The position numbers were made by a program, and so were the translations under genes. Shown here piece after piece: positions 36,237-47,694 of a stretch of 64,000 bases of DNA. The DNA is taken from NCBI GenBank assembly GCA_965242745.1, contig CBDETG010000034.1:17090-81089 (forward strand), in the 5' to 3' direction. The stretch is from Leptonemataceae bacterium. GTDB taxonomy: Bacteria; Spirochaetota; Leptospiria; Leptospirales; Leptonemataceae. Numbering within the stretch: position 1 is the stretch's first letter; each line of letters opens with the position of its first letter. The notes beneath the pieces were generated by a model that worked only from the letters and a program-made list of their open reading frames with translations, made no database searches and was not told where the DNA came from.

Positions 36237-37163
36237 TCAGGCATAGACCGGGCTCAGCCATTTGTAATAGTGTTTCTCTTCTCCCTTGACCGCCTGCAAA
36301 AAGACATGTCGCAAGCGGGCTGTGATCTTGCCTATGGCGCCCCTGCCTATTTCTCTGCGATCTAACTCTGCCACCCACGCTACCTGCGCCCCAGTCCCGC
36401 ACAAAAACATTTCATCCGCAATATACAGCTCGCCTCTGGCAATATCTCTTTCCACAACAGGTATAGACAAATCCCGCGCTATTTCTATCAAGCTGCGGCG
36501 CGTGATACCTTCCAGGACCCCCGCAGACAAAGGAGGAGTAATAAGAACGCCGTCACGTACTATAAAGATATTTTCAGCGCTGCCTTCGCTTACAAAACCA
36601 CGAGTATCTAAAAAAATTGCTTCATCATAGCCATTCTGTAAAGCCTCAGACTTCGCTAAAGCAGAGTTGATATAGGTGCCTGAGGATTTCACGCGTGCTG
36701 GAACAGCGTTTTCATCTATGCGTCTCCAGGTAGAAGTCACTACCTTTAGACCACGTGTAGTATCCAAATAATCATCCAAAGGAATCATATACAAAGAAAA
36801 ACTATCCTCCACATCATGCAAACGAGGCGAAAGCTCCAAGGCCGACTTGTAAATGCAAGGACGAAAGTAACTGTTCTTCTTTGCTTGGTTGCGCCTGGCA
36901 AGCTCCAGCAATATCTGCATCATTTCCTCTTCCGTATAGGGAAGGCGCATCTGCATAATGTGAGCGCTCCTTGCCAAGCGCTGAAAATGTTCCTGCAGAC
37001 GGAATACATAGAGCTCTTTTTTGTGAGTGTTGTAGTAAGCGCGTATGCCTCCTATCACCATAGTCCCATATTGGAAAGCATGTGTCGCAATATGGATACT
37101 GCAATCCTTCATGGAACGAAATTCCTTTTCGTGATAAGCGATACCTTCCGTACGTATGTCCAC
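36237..37163 (-). CDS. ilvE: Branched-chain amino acid aminotransferase (class IV)
   Basis: HAFQYGTMVIGGIRAY, EGSAENIFIV, GITR, and CGTGAQV-type blocks. Confidence 0.85.
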   Translation of the reverse strand: MDIRTEGIAYHEKEFRSMKDCSIHIATHAFQYGTMVIGGIRAYYNTHKKELYVFRLQEHFQRLARSAHIMQMRLPYTEEEMMQILLELARRNQAKKNSYFRPCIYKSALELSPRLHDVEDSFSLYMIPLDDYLDTTRGLKVVTSTWRRIDENAVPARVKSSGTYINSALAKSEALQNGYDEAIFLDTRGFVSEGSAENIFIVRDGVLITPPLSAGVLEGITRRSLIEIARDLSIPVVERDIARGELYIADEMFLCGTGAQVAWVAELDRREIGRGAIGKITARLRHVFLQAVKGEEKHYYKWLSPVYA

Positions 37164-37471
37164 ACCACAGTCTCTTTTCTCAAGATTCTTATGTCAATCT
37201 TTTCCTACTCGCAGCTAAGACGAAGAAAAGTTCTATACTAGAAGCAAGTACAAAAAGCAGCTCTCCTATTGTGACGCTAAGACTGCAAGTTGAGAATGAA
37301 GTCTTTGATTTTCCGTTTCACAGAGGCGCTGGCCCTTTTTATCGGACCTAAATCAGCAAGCGCCCGCACCCGGCCTTTATCGTCAAAAGTGAAGTCAGAT
37401 TTGTAAGTCCGGTTGCAGCGCTGGCATTAACGCAGCGAGAGGGAATGGTAAAGGAACACGATTTGCGCAGC

Positions 37472-38425
37472 TTACTTTGCCATCGCCGCCAAACGCCTGC
37501 AAATAACGTCCATCATAGCCTTATCTATCTCATAACCCAAACATCGGCGCTTCTCGCTTAAGGCAGCGATTGCTGTCGTGCCAGTCCCCATAAATGGATC
37601 AAGCACCGTATCGCCCTCGCTACTAAATATCCGTATGAAGTGCCGACACAGGTCCACTGGCTTTACCGTCATGTGATTGTATTTTTCCCTAGGTTTCTTA
37701 CAAGGCACAATGTTAGCTGGAAAGCAGTCAGGCTCAATAAGGGGCTTGTCGGTGTTGATAAGCCCTGTGCGCCATCTAAGCCAGTTGTCTATGTGCGTTC
37801 CCTCTTTGGGCTTTTGTGCGATCACTATAAGCTCCATTCGTGGCTTAAGCTGAGGCGTTTTGCGGCCGCCCAAGTCATCAATGATGCGCTGTTTTTCCTT
37901 TTCCGATATATCCATCTTGCGGACGAAGTGGTTTTGGCTGAAGGCCTTGGCTTGCCCCTCATAACTCCAAGCGGCTATGTCCCTTATTTCAAAGCCGACT
38001 TCCTCCAAGGCCATAGCCGCGCGGTGCACCAGCCGGGCTTGGCTGAAGCACAACATAAAGCCGCCGGGCTTAAGCGCCCGATAACATTCGCAGGCAACCT
38101 TCCTTAGAAAATTTTGCAGACGGATACCTTGGCTGGAGTCAAACTTCTGCCCAGCTGGGATGCCTCCGACCACGCCTGGCTTGGCGCGTTTATACAGCTT
38201 AGCGTTATCCCACTTGTCATCCATCCCGTCTATGAAGTACGGCGGGTCGGTAAAAATTAGAGATAGATCCTTAGCCGGTATCTGGGGCATTGTAAGGCAG
38301 GAGCTGTTGTAGATTTTATAGCCCTCGCCCTCTAAAGTATTCTCGGAAATATCTTTGGGGCGCTTCGCAAAGCCAACAAAGCGCTCTTTGCTGTGCTCTC
38401 TAAGAGCCTCCATGAACACCCCCAT
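37472..38425 (-). CDS. Stand-alone beta-class DNA methyltransferase (N6-A or N4-C)
   Basis: Motif IV LIFTDPPYF lies N-terminal to motif I GDTVLDPFMGTGTTAIAA. No adjacent endonuclease candidate. Confidence 0.8.
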   Translation of the reverse strand: MGVFMEALREHSKERFVGFAKRPKDISENTLEGEGYKIYNSSCLTMPQIPAKDLSLIFTDPPYFIDGMDDKWDNAKLYKRAKPGVVGGIPAGQKFDSSQGIRLQNFLRKVACECYRALKPGGFMLCFSQARLVHRAAMALEEVGFEIRDIAAWSYEGQAKAFSQNHFVRKMDISEKEKQRIIDDLGGRKTPQLKPRMELIVIAQKPKEGTHIDNWLRWRTGLINTDKPLIEPDCFPANIVPCKKPREKYNHMTVKPVDLCRHFIRIFSSEGDTVLDPFMGTGTTAIAALSEKRRCLGYEIDKAMMDVICRRLAAMAK

Positions 38426-38498
38426 CCTCTACTCGTACGACATAAAGCAATTTCTGAGCGGGCATAAGCGCAATCCTAGCAAAAGAGGGGCAAAAATG

Positions 38499-38822
38499 TC
38501 AAGGCTTTAATACGACATAAAATTGAAACGAGCATAGCGCAATCCATATTTGCGTTTTGACAGCATTTTCACTGCGGCCTAAGAAGGTTTTGAATTTTAG
38601 ATTTTGCTTTAGGAACTTAAAAAGAATTTCAATCTGCCAAGGCTTTTTGTAGATTTCCGCAATTCGCAAGGCGTCTGTTGTAAAGTCATTTGTAATGATG
38701 TTAAAGTTTTCATTTCTGCGTTCATCATGAATTGTAATCAATCTAAGATGGTCTTCATATTTCTGTGTGGCATAGTTAGAACCTCCGCTAGCGTAGCGGC
38801 CTTTGCGGCAAACATATCCCAA
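38499..38822 (-). mobile_element. IS4-family transposase C-terminal fragment (degraded IS)
   Basis: IAEIYKKPWQIEILFKFLKQNLKFKTFLGRSENAVKTQIWIAL matches the conserved Y..RWQIE..FK..KQ block. Only ~105 aa remain. Confidence 0.7.
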
Positions 38823-38920
38823 GCAAGACTACATTGTACAGCAATTTTTCTCATACGAAGCGAAGAGCTATGGATATTTTTGCAGAACTATTGTGCTGTC
38901 TTGCAAGACCTGCAGCAGCG

Positions 38921-39574
38921 CTAGGCAGCGGGATCATTACAAAATGCTTTGATAGCTTTGCGCGCTTCGTAAGAATTTTGCATTAGGTGCACCTGCCAGC
39001 CCAGCTTCTGCGCGCTCTTGAGATTGACAGAACGGTCGTCTATAAAGAGCAAGTCTTTAGCCTGCAAAGAGGCGTGCTCCGCTCTGGATTTCAGGGCATA
39101 AAATATCGTTTCATAGTAAGCCTTTTCTGGCTTCCTGTATCCCAGCTCGCAGGAAAAGAATAAGTAATCACATTGTTTCAAGAGGGGCATGCTTTCTAAG
39201 ATCAGCGCGTACCATTCTGAATAATTCGAAGCCAGCCCCGTATAAATATTAGGCTTTGTCTGCGCCTCCTTGAGCAGCTCTTCCATGCCTGCTCTATAGG
39301 AAAGCTTGCGCAAAAGCGTTTTTTTGATTTTCTTGGCCTTAGGCAATCTGCTTTCTATTTCTTTTGGGATGCTTTGTTTGTAAAAGCTGCGAAGATGTTC
39401 CTTTTCACTTATTTGCGCCCTTTCAAAGTCATGAAAGGAGCGGGTATTTTTCCACTCTAAAAAAAGTCTGCGGTCCTCCTGGCAAGGAAGCAGATGCTGC
39501 AGCGCATCATAATAGGGCTCACGAAGCAAGGTATCCATCATATCAAAAAGTATGATTTTCCTTGCTTCTTTCAT
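38921..39574 (-). CDS. HAD-superfamily hydrolase
   Basis: ILFDMMDTLL near the N-terminus and LLFIDDRSVNLKSAQKLGW near the C-terminus. Confidence 0.6.
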   Translation of the reverse strand: MKEARKIILFDMMDTLLREPYYDALQHLLPCQEDRRLFLEWKNTRSFHDFERAQISEKEHLRSFYKQSIPKEIESRLPKAKKIKKTLLRKLSYRAGMEELLKEAQTKPNIYTGLASNYSEWYALILESMPLLKQCDYLFFSCELGYRKPEKAYYETIFYALKSRAEHASLQAKDLLFIDDRSVNLKSAQKLGWQVHLMQNSYEARKAIKAFCNDPAA

Positions 39575-41391
39575 ATTCTCCCTCCCCGAAGCCCGCTTTC
39601 ATAAGAGGAGCAGCTTTCATGAGAAAGAAGGCTTGCTTCTACAGCTGATGCAAAACCTTCAGCATTTATATGAAGACCTTGCGCATTGGCAATGGCAGCG
39701 CTGTGCAGCAGATGGAGAGCTGCAATCATACGAGTTTGTACAAAAGAATAAAAAGCTTGGCTCTTGTCCTGGGGGACGGGCGTTTTTTTGCTGAAAAGAG
39801 CTAAGAGTATACCGGCCAAGTGATCTCCGCTCCCAGCTGCGCTGAGGGCCGCATTAGGATGCGGGTACAGTACAGCTTGGCTGCGGCTTGCCAGGGAATG
39901 ACAAGAAAGGCAGGCAACGATGCTGTTCTTCAAACATACATGGGCGGGCGCCCGCCCTTGTTTTACAAGAGCATGTATATAATCCATAGCTTTATACAAA
40001 CTAAGGCTGTCCTTGACTGCCTCGCCGCCCATGATCTTTTGCCACTCTCCACTATGGGGCAGGGCAATGCACTTGTTTAGGTTGAGAGCCAGAGACCTAA
40101 TCTGCTCTCTTTGCATTGCTAAGGCAATGGCAGTAGCATCAAGTAAAAAATAGGGCTGTTTATTTGGATCATTTTGCAGCAGGAGATGCAGCTTTTCTGT
40201 GATCATAGGCAGGTCTTCTTTATGCAGGCCTGGACCAATGAGGATACAGGCGGGCTTTATATGAGAAGGCAATTTGTCTGCATCATAGAACATTACAGAA
40301 GGCAGAGTTTGACTCAGCAGTATACGTGATTCTTTATGAGGTACCAAGGCATGCAGTATGCCGCCCCCGCTGGCAAAAAAAGCCCGTGCCGCCATAAGCA
40401 GGGCGCCTTCCATGCCTCTGGAAGCTCCGATAATAAGGCCATGACCGGCATCATATTTATGTCCCAGGGGGTCTTTTACAAAAAGACTTTTTTGTTCCTG
40501 AGAAAAAACAGCGCTGCTTTGGCCTTCATATTGGTAATGCTGGACTGAGTAATCTATTGGAATCTTGTCAGCTGCTGTGGGATCAAAACCTATAGGCAGG
40601 AGGCGCACATGTGAATAGGCAGAGAGAGAAGGGGAAAGACGCAGAGCCAGTTTATCTACGCCATAGCAGTGTATTTCATCCGGCGCTGCCAGCAGGAGAT
40701 TCTTCTCTTCTTTTGCTCTGGATCTATGATGACTCATCATGGAAGCCGGCGGGAGCCATGAAGCAGGGCTTTCTTCTGTTAAGCCTGCTGGTATATCAAG
40801 GCTTATCAAGGCAGGGCAACGAAAGGCAGAACTAAGGCGGGCTGCAGTCTGTAGCTTAGGCTGCCCGCTGCGTAAAGTTCGTATAGCAAGCAGCGCCTCC
40901 AAAATAGCAGCACGCGGCCTTCCTTTCTGACCTGTGCCTAAGAGGGCTTCAATCAGCAGGTCCTTCTCAGAAAAGGCTTCTTTTCTTGCCAGAAAATCTT
41001 CAATAGGAAGGGGAGGCGGCCCTGGGCTGCATTGCTGGAGCAGTTTGGCATAAAAGAGCGCAGCTGGGCTTGTAATATTTTGAGGTCTGCAATGATAAAT
41101 ATATACGGCAGGGCAGGGGTGCAGCTTTGCATAAGAAGCAAGCATGTATGCAAGCGCTAAGCCATCCCCGCCGTTATTTCCAGGACCGCAAAGTATAAAG
41201 ACTCTTTCAAAGGATGCAAAGGGGATGGGGCATGCGCCCTGCGCCTCGTAGTGAAAACTTTCCAGCGCATATAGGCTTGCTGTGGCAGCTTGGGCCATGA
41301 GCTGCGCTTCTGGGATGCCGGCTTCCTGGCTCAGCTTATCGATTGCCTGACACTGAGAGAAATTGTAAAGAGCTCTTCTATTTCCATTCAT
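39571..41391 (-). CDS. nnr: Bifunctional NAD(P)H-hydrate repair enzyme (epimerase + ADP-dependent dehydratase) with long insertion
   Basis: YjeF-N motif ILCGPGNNGGDGLALA. C-terminal kinase-like HKYDAGHGLIIGASRGMEGA and AAGSGDHLAG. Confidence 0.75.
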   Translation of the reverse strand: MNGNRRALYNFSQCQAIDKLSQEAGIPEAQLMAQAATASLYALESFHYEAQGACPIPFASFERVFILCGPGNNGGDGLALAYMLASYAKLHPCPAVYIYHCRPQNITSPAALFYAKLLQQCSPGPPPLPIEDFLARKEAFSEKDLLIEALLGTGQKGRPRAAILEALLAIRTLRSGQPKLQTAARLSSAFRCPALISLDIPAGLTEESPASWLPPASMMSHHRSRAKEEKNLLLAAPDEIHCYGVDKLALRLSPSLSAYSHVRLLPIGFDPTAADKIPIDYSVQHYQYEGQSSAVFSQEQKSLFVKDPLGHKYDAGHGLIIGASRGMEGALLMAARAFFASGGGILHALVPHKESRILLSQTLPSVMFYDADKLPSHIKPACILIGPGLHKEDLPMITEKLHLLLQNDPNKQPYFLLDATAIALAMQREQIRSLALNLNKCIALPHSGEWQKIMGGEAVKDSLSLYKAMDYIHALVKQGRAPAHVCLKNSIVACLSCHSLASRSQAVLYPHPNAALSAAGSGDHLAGILLALFSKKTPVPQDKSQAFYSFVQTRMIAALHLLHSAAIANAQGLHINAEGFASAVEASLLSHESCSSYESGLRGGRI

Positions 41392-42565
41392 AGATGATGA
41401 ACTGCTTTTGCTTGATACGAGTGCTGAAGATGCGTCCTTTGAGATTCAGAAAGGTACTACGCCAGGAAGAAGGGAAGGCAACAAAGTTGATAAGTTGATT
41501 GTCAATGTACTCTCCTTCACGCGTAAAGATTTTAAAGAGCAGCTCTCCTTCATCTTCTTCGAGATGCGTCATATAAAAGTTCCCGTCAGGCTTAGCCCAT
41601 GCCAAAAAATCTTGGGGATTATCATTACGCAAAAGTATACGTGCTGCTTCGTCTGTGTTAGTCTGCATATATATGATTCGTTCTATAAAAGCAAAGTTCT
41701 TCTTATTGCGCAGCGCAACGGAGCCGATAACAAAGCTTTTCCCAGCTACTGGAATGATGTCTTCGAGTATAGCCATCTTGTCTTTCATGTTTTGGGCCCA
41801 TGGCAGCTTTGGTTTGCTAAAGCGTCTGACGAAGCTGCCGTGGCGAAAGACCAGCAGCTCTGCGTCTTTCTTAGTTTTATGCGCAACGCTGAATCTGCCG
41901 CCCGTATCTGGATATAAGCCGAGAATCAGAGAAAAGGGAGCTGTATTGTAGCCGCGCTGTCCCAGCTTGCCCTGCAGTTTATGATGTCTATTAAGATGTA
42001 AGATCATAGAAGTAGTCTGTACCAAAGCGGACTGCTGCAGGCTTCTCCTTTTTTCTATAGGTCTATTCTTTTTCTTTTTCTTTTGCGTATCTGGGAGAAA
42101 TGACTGTATATAAAGATTTTCTTCAGCTTCATCTACGGCTATGCGTCCGGGGATACCCAGCTCCAGGGCTTGGAATTGTATCTTAGAACTAAGCCTGGGG
42201 GGTTTTTTTGCTCCAAGCAGCTTCATCACTTTTGGGGAGCCATCCGTAAAGATTTTGATCAGCTGAGCTGCCGTATCCGGAATATATACCCTTGCTGTAC
42301 CTATAGCAACTTCCAGAGGGAGATTATACAAGAGCCCCTGCTTATGCAGCACCTGCATTTGCGTGACAGATTCCCCTTGCTTTGTGGAGTAAGTTAAGGG
42401 TATTGTAAAAAGCTCCAATGGCTCTAACTTATTTACTTTAAAGCGCGTGCAGGAAAAATGCAGAAAATACAATACAAAAAGGACAAATAAGCAGGGGCTG
42501 CGCATAGGCTCGAAGAAAAAATAGAAAGCTTGTACAAAGCGCATCAAAGCAAGAGCAGATGTCAA
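41378..42565 (-). CDS. Hypothetical membrane-anchored protein (395 aa)
   Basis: N-terminal hydrophobic segment. Overlaps the nnr start by 14 nt. Confidence 0.55.
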   Translation of the reverse strand: MTSALALMRFVQAFYFFFEPMRSPCLFVLFVLYFLHFSCTRFKVNKLEPLELFTIPLTYSTKQGESVTQMQVLHKQGLLYNLPLEVAIGTARVYIPDTAAQLIKIFTDGSPKVMKLLGAKKPPRLSSKIQFQALELGIPGRIAVDEAEENLYIQSFLPDTQKKKKKNRPIEKRRSLQQSALVQTTSMILHLNRHHKLQGKLGQRGYNTAPFSLILGLYPDTGGRFSVAHKTKKDAELLVFRHGSFVRRFSKPKLPWAQNMKDKMAILEDIIPVAGKSFVIGSVALRNKKNFAFIERIIYMQTNTDEAARILLRNDNPQDFLAWAKPDGNFYMTHLEEDEGELLFKIFTREGEYIDNQLINFVAFPSSWRSTFLNLKGRIFSTRIKQKQFIIYEWK

Positions 42566-42697
42566 GGATATATAAATGGCAGCGCCCGCCTGCGCTCTTA
42601 TCTCATCGGGCTATGTTTTGTTTTTATCGGCTGGGGGCGCCCAGCAGGCAAAAGCAGTGATATAAGAAGAAGACAAAAAAGGCTTGTCAATACATAA

Positions 42698-44005
42698 GTG
42701 ATATTTAGGCTAAAGTCTCAGGCGCAGCAAAGCTTGTCTCAAATAGCGCCTGCTACATTGCTGCTTATGAATTGCATAAAGCCGGCTATACTTATGTTTG
42801 TAATAAACTCAGCTTTTACCTTGCGAAGCCTTCTTACTATTGCAATTTCTGTGTTGAGGTCAAAAGCGGGGCTCCTTTTGTGCGCCTATATGTTACCTTC
42901 TGCTTTTTTTGCCCGACCGCTTGCTCTGCAGGTAGTCGGGCGAGGCTTTCATAAACCGCTGCATATTGTTTTTAGCGCCGGCGATCCAGGAGCAATGTAT
43001 GTATGTGAGCAGGGGGGGAGAATCTATCGCGTAGAGCAGGCTAAGAAGCGCAGGCTTTTTGCAGACCTTTCTCGGCTGGTACATAAGGGAGGAGGAGAAG
43101 AGGGGCTCTTAGGTATGGCCTTAGCTCCTAAGTATAACTTGCGGGCCTCTTATTTCTATGTGAACTATACGGCCGGCCGGCCAGCTCATAGCTATGTTGC
43201 GCGTATTCCTGTAAAGAAAGGCAGGGCCTATGTGCGCAAAAGACATATTATTTTGAAGATTGCGCAGCCATACCGCAACCACAATGGCGGGATGATCCTT
43301 TTTGGACCAGAGGGCTATCTGTATATAGCAACGGGAGATGGCGGAGCGGCAGGGGACCCTAAAAATTACGCTCAGAATAGAAGCAGTCTTTTGGGAAAAA
43401 TCCTGCGCATTCAAGTGCCGCAGCATTCTCTTGCAAAAAAAGCTTATCGTATTCCAGCTGATAATCCCTTTGCCTCCGCATCTTCTTTGTCTGCTGGGTT
43501 TAGGAAGGAGATCTATGCCTGGGGCTTGCGTAATCCATGGCGCTTCAGCTTTGACGCAAAGACAGGGCTACTTTATGCGGCAGATGTAGGTCAAAATCGT
43601 CAAGAAGAAGTCAATCTGATTGAAAAAGGGAAAAATTATGGCTGGCGTATCAAAGAGGGCAGGCTTTGCTATGTTTCTTCTAAGCAATGCCGGAGGGCAG
43701 CGGCAAAGCTGGCAGACCCCATTCATGTCTATGGACGCAAGCTAGGGCAAAGTATAACAGGAGGCTATGTTTATAGGGGCAAGCTCTTATCAAAATATAT
43801 TGCTTGGTATTTCTTTGCGGATTATGTTAGCCAAAGACTTTGGGCCTTCCCTTTGCGGGCAGGGGGGAGAAGGGCAGGTAAAGCGAGGCTCCTTTTTGCA
43901 AAAGCAGGCGCCATCTCGTCTTTTGGTGAAGACCCTCAAGGGGAATTGTATCTTGCAGAGCACAGGCGGGGCTACATCTACAAACTTGTTCCTGGTCCTT
44001 TGTAG
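42698..44005 (+). CDS. PQQ-dependent sugar (glucose/sorbosone) dehydrogenase family protein
   Basis: EEGLLGMALAP, HNGGMILFGPEGYLYIATGDGG, GLRNPWRFSFD, DVGQNRQEEVNLIEKGKNYGWR. The start is uncertain. Confidence 0.8.
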   Translation: MIFRLKSQAQQSLSQIAPATLLLMNCIKPAILMFVINSAFTLRSLLTIAISVLRSKAGLLLCAYMLPSAFFARPLALQVVGRGFHKPLHIVFSAGDPGAMYVCEQGGRIYRVEQAKKRRLFADLSRLVHKGGGEEGLLGMALAPKYNLRASYFYVNYTAGRPAHSYVARIPVKKGRAYVRKRHIILKIAQPYRNHNGGMILFGPEGYLYIATGDGGAAGDPKNYAQNRSSLLGKILRIQVPQHSLAKKAYRIPADNPFASASSLSAGFRKEIYAWGLRNPWRFSFDAKTGLLYAADVGQNRQEEVNLIEKGKNYGWRIKEGRLCYVSSKQCRRAAAKLADPIHVYGRKLGQSITGGYVYRGKLLSKYIAWYFFADYVSQRLWAFPLRAGGRRAGKARLLFAKAGAISSFGEDPQGELYLAEHRRGYIYKLVPGPL

Positions 44006-44018
44006 CGCAGAGCGGCGC

Positions 44019-44600
44019 TTAGTGTTTTTTTAAGAGACTTAAGACTTCATGGGCGCGTAGATTAGCTAAGAACTTGATCCTGCCTTTATTGTGAAAATAC
44101 GCTGATTTGATTTGGTCTATCTTATAGGTCTGGCAAAATCTACAGAAATCTATATGAGAAAAAAACTGTACATTAGGGCTGTCATACCATGGGAGGCTGT
44201 CTCCTGAAGTAGGGCTCCTGCCGCGGAACATCAGCTGCACGCGGTCGTACCAATACGCAAAATTGCTGAATGCCAAGATCACGTGAGATGCCACGCGGAA
44301 GGAAGCTGTCAGCACTTCTCGAGGAGAAAGTAGCTCTTGGAAGGTACCCAGAAGTAAGACATAGTCAAAGCTTTGCTTAGGATATTGATCCAGCCCCTCC
44401 AGCACATCCCCTTGGTAAGCAATAATACCTGCTTCTATGCATTGGGCAAGGAGCTTAGGATTCTTTTCTACTCCCTCACCGTAGATTTGTTTTTCCCGTA
44501 TGACTCTGCTAAGAAAGCGGCCGTTGCCTGTACCTAGGTCTAAGATGCGGCTTCCTTGAGGTAGCCATTCCATCACTGTTTCGTACAAATAAGGATTCAT
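44019..44600 (-). CDS. metW: Methionine biosynthesis protein MetW-like methyltransferase-fold protein
   Basis: SRILDLGTGNG, SFDYVLLLGTFQEL, FSNFAYWYDRVQLMFRGRSP, LPWYDSPNVQFFS. Confidence 0.7.
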   Translation of the reverse strand: MNPYLYETVMEWLPQGSRILDLGTGNGRFLSRVIREKQIYGEGVEKNPKLLAQCIEAGIIAYQGDVLEGLDQYPKQSFDYVLLLGTFQELLSPREVLTASFRVASHVILAFSNFAYWYDRVQLMFRGRSPTSGDSLPWYDSPNVQFFSHIDFCRFCQTYKIDQIKSAYFHNKGRIKFLANLRAHEVLSLLKKH

Positions 44601-44674
44601 TAGGCTTTGCTTTGTAAAGGCGCTTGCTGCGATTTGGGATAGTTACAGAAATGTATGCAAAGTGATCACTTAGC

Positions 44675-46420
<1,746 letters not shown>

Positions 46421-46483
46421 TTACTGGGCTTGAGGCCCCTCCTTACTGGTTGTTTGTATAACAAACAAGCACAGGAGGGACCT

Positions 46484-46723
46484 ATGTCCAATTATGAACA
46501 TGACCTACAAAAAATAAAACAAAATCTATTAGGAGTGAAGGAGCATGTAGTGCGCTCAAAAGCACGCTTGCTGATCTGCGTATTAGAAAGTAAAAACATT
46601 TCATTAGGCTGTGATCAAGCTGGCATACAACGCAGAACCTTTTACAATCATATAAAAGTCCTGCGTGAACATGGATATTGCCTTCATGCTCTAAATTGTT
46701 GCTTTGTAAGTCTTGCTGTGTAA
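46484..46723 (+). CDS. Small helix-turn-helix protein (79 aa)
   Basis: AGGAGG lies 6 nt upstream of the ATG. ISLGCDQAGIQRRTFYNHIKVLREHG looks like an HTH. Confidence 0.45.
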   Translation: MSNYEHDLQKIKQNLLGVKEHVVRSKARLLICVLESKNISLGCDQAGIQRRTFYNHIKVLREHGYCLHALNCCFVSLAV

Positions 46724-46733
46724 ATTAAGCTCA

Positions 46734-47132
46734 ATGTTGCGTTTCATTTTTATTGTATTTGGTAGTGTGGCATTTGTTGCTTGCTTGAACACTGAGCCAG
46801 AAGTGGAGCCCGAGCTAGGGGATGAGATTACGGGCGCTTGCATTCGAAGAGTATTTTCTGGCTTGGATACAACAATCATATATAGAACATGTGAGCATAA
46901 GCTAAGCGCTATTGCCTGTGCTCTCAATCTGGCTTCTAGCTCTGTGCTCTTAGAAAATGCAGACTGCCCTGCAAGTGTTGACAATATATCTTCTCAAGGC
47001 ACTTGCACCTGTTCTAAAACGGATGATGATGGCAATGCTAAAGAAACTCGCAAAGACTACTATACGAATGATCTCATGGATGCTATAAAGCGCTGTGAGT
47101 TTGACGCCGCCTGCAGCTTTACGACATTGTAG
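46734..47132 (+). CDS. Cys-rich putative lipoprotein
   Basis: Signal + lipobox MLRFIFIVFGSVAFVAC, with several further Cys residues. Confidence 0.5.
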   Translation: MLRFIFIVFGSVAFVACLNTEPEVEPELGDEITGACIRRVFSGLDTTIIYRTCEHKLSAIACALNLASSSVLLENADCPASVDNISSQGTCTCSKTDDDGNAKETRKDYYTNDLMDAIKRCEFDAACSFTTL

Positions 47133-47224
47133 CCCTCCCTCTTCCTCACTTCACTTGCAGGATCTAGCGCACCTCGCCATGCGCCATGTCATAGATATAT
47201 GCAAGAAGGGCTTACTTTTGGTAT

Positions 47225-47470
47225 CGCAAGCGCTAATCCCATAAGCTTCCCGCATACCAGCGCCCAGACTCCGCATTTTCACAACAAGGCCGGCTGTTTT
47301 TACCTGTATTATGTCGCGTTGCGCCCAAAACGCCGCATATTAGCAACACCGCCGCCGTTAGCACAAACAACGCTGCTTGTTACAACAACGCCAGACGCCG
47401 CCTACTACAACCCCGCCCGCAGTCAGCAAAACCAACGCTATATTATTACAACAACGCCTGCGACATAAGT
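47225..47470 (-). repeat. GC-rich dispersed repeat element, copy 5 (inverted orientation)
   Basis: CGCCCAGACTCCGCAT...ACAACAA units. The 3' part is the reverse complement of 2490-2560. Confidence 0.85.
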
Positions 47471-47694
47471 AGTGAAGTTTCCCAAACAAAACGCGCTATG
47501 AACATATTTCAAAAAAGGATGTGCGCAAGGCGGTGGCTAACTTAAATTCTATGCGCAGGATGGAAGGAGCAGCCGAGAAGTTTATGCTTGTCCTAATTTG
47601 AAATTGAAATAACAAAGTGTCCTAGTCAGACTGAAAGGTCACGCTTGCCATATTTTCTACTTGTTTCTATAGAGGCCTTAGAAAAAATGGAGCT

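Noticed and set aside
37300-37470. Possible C-terminal gene relic on the minus strand (DFTFDDKGRVRALADLGPIKRASASVKRKIKDFILNLQS) between ilvE and the orphan MTase
   Set aside because: It is too short, has no start and no motif I can name. It could be the remnant of the MTase's lost partner, but the sequence alone does not support a call.
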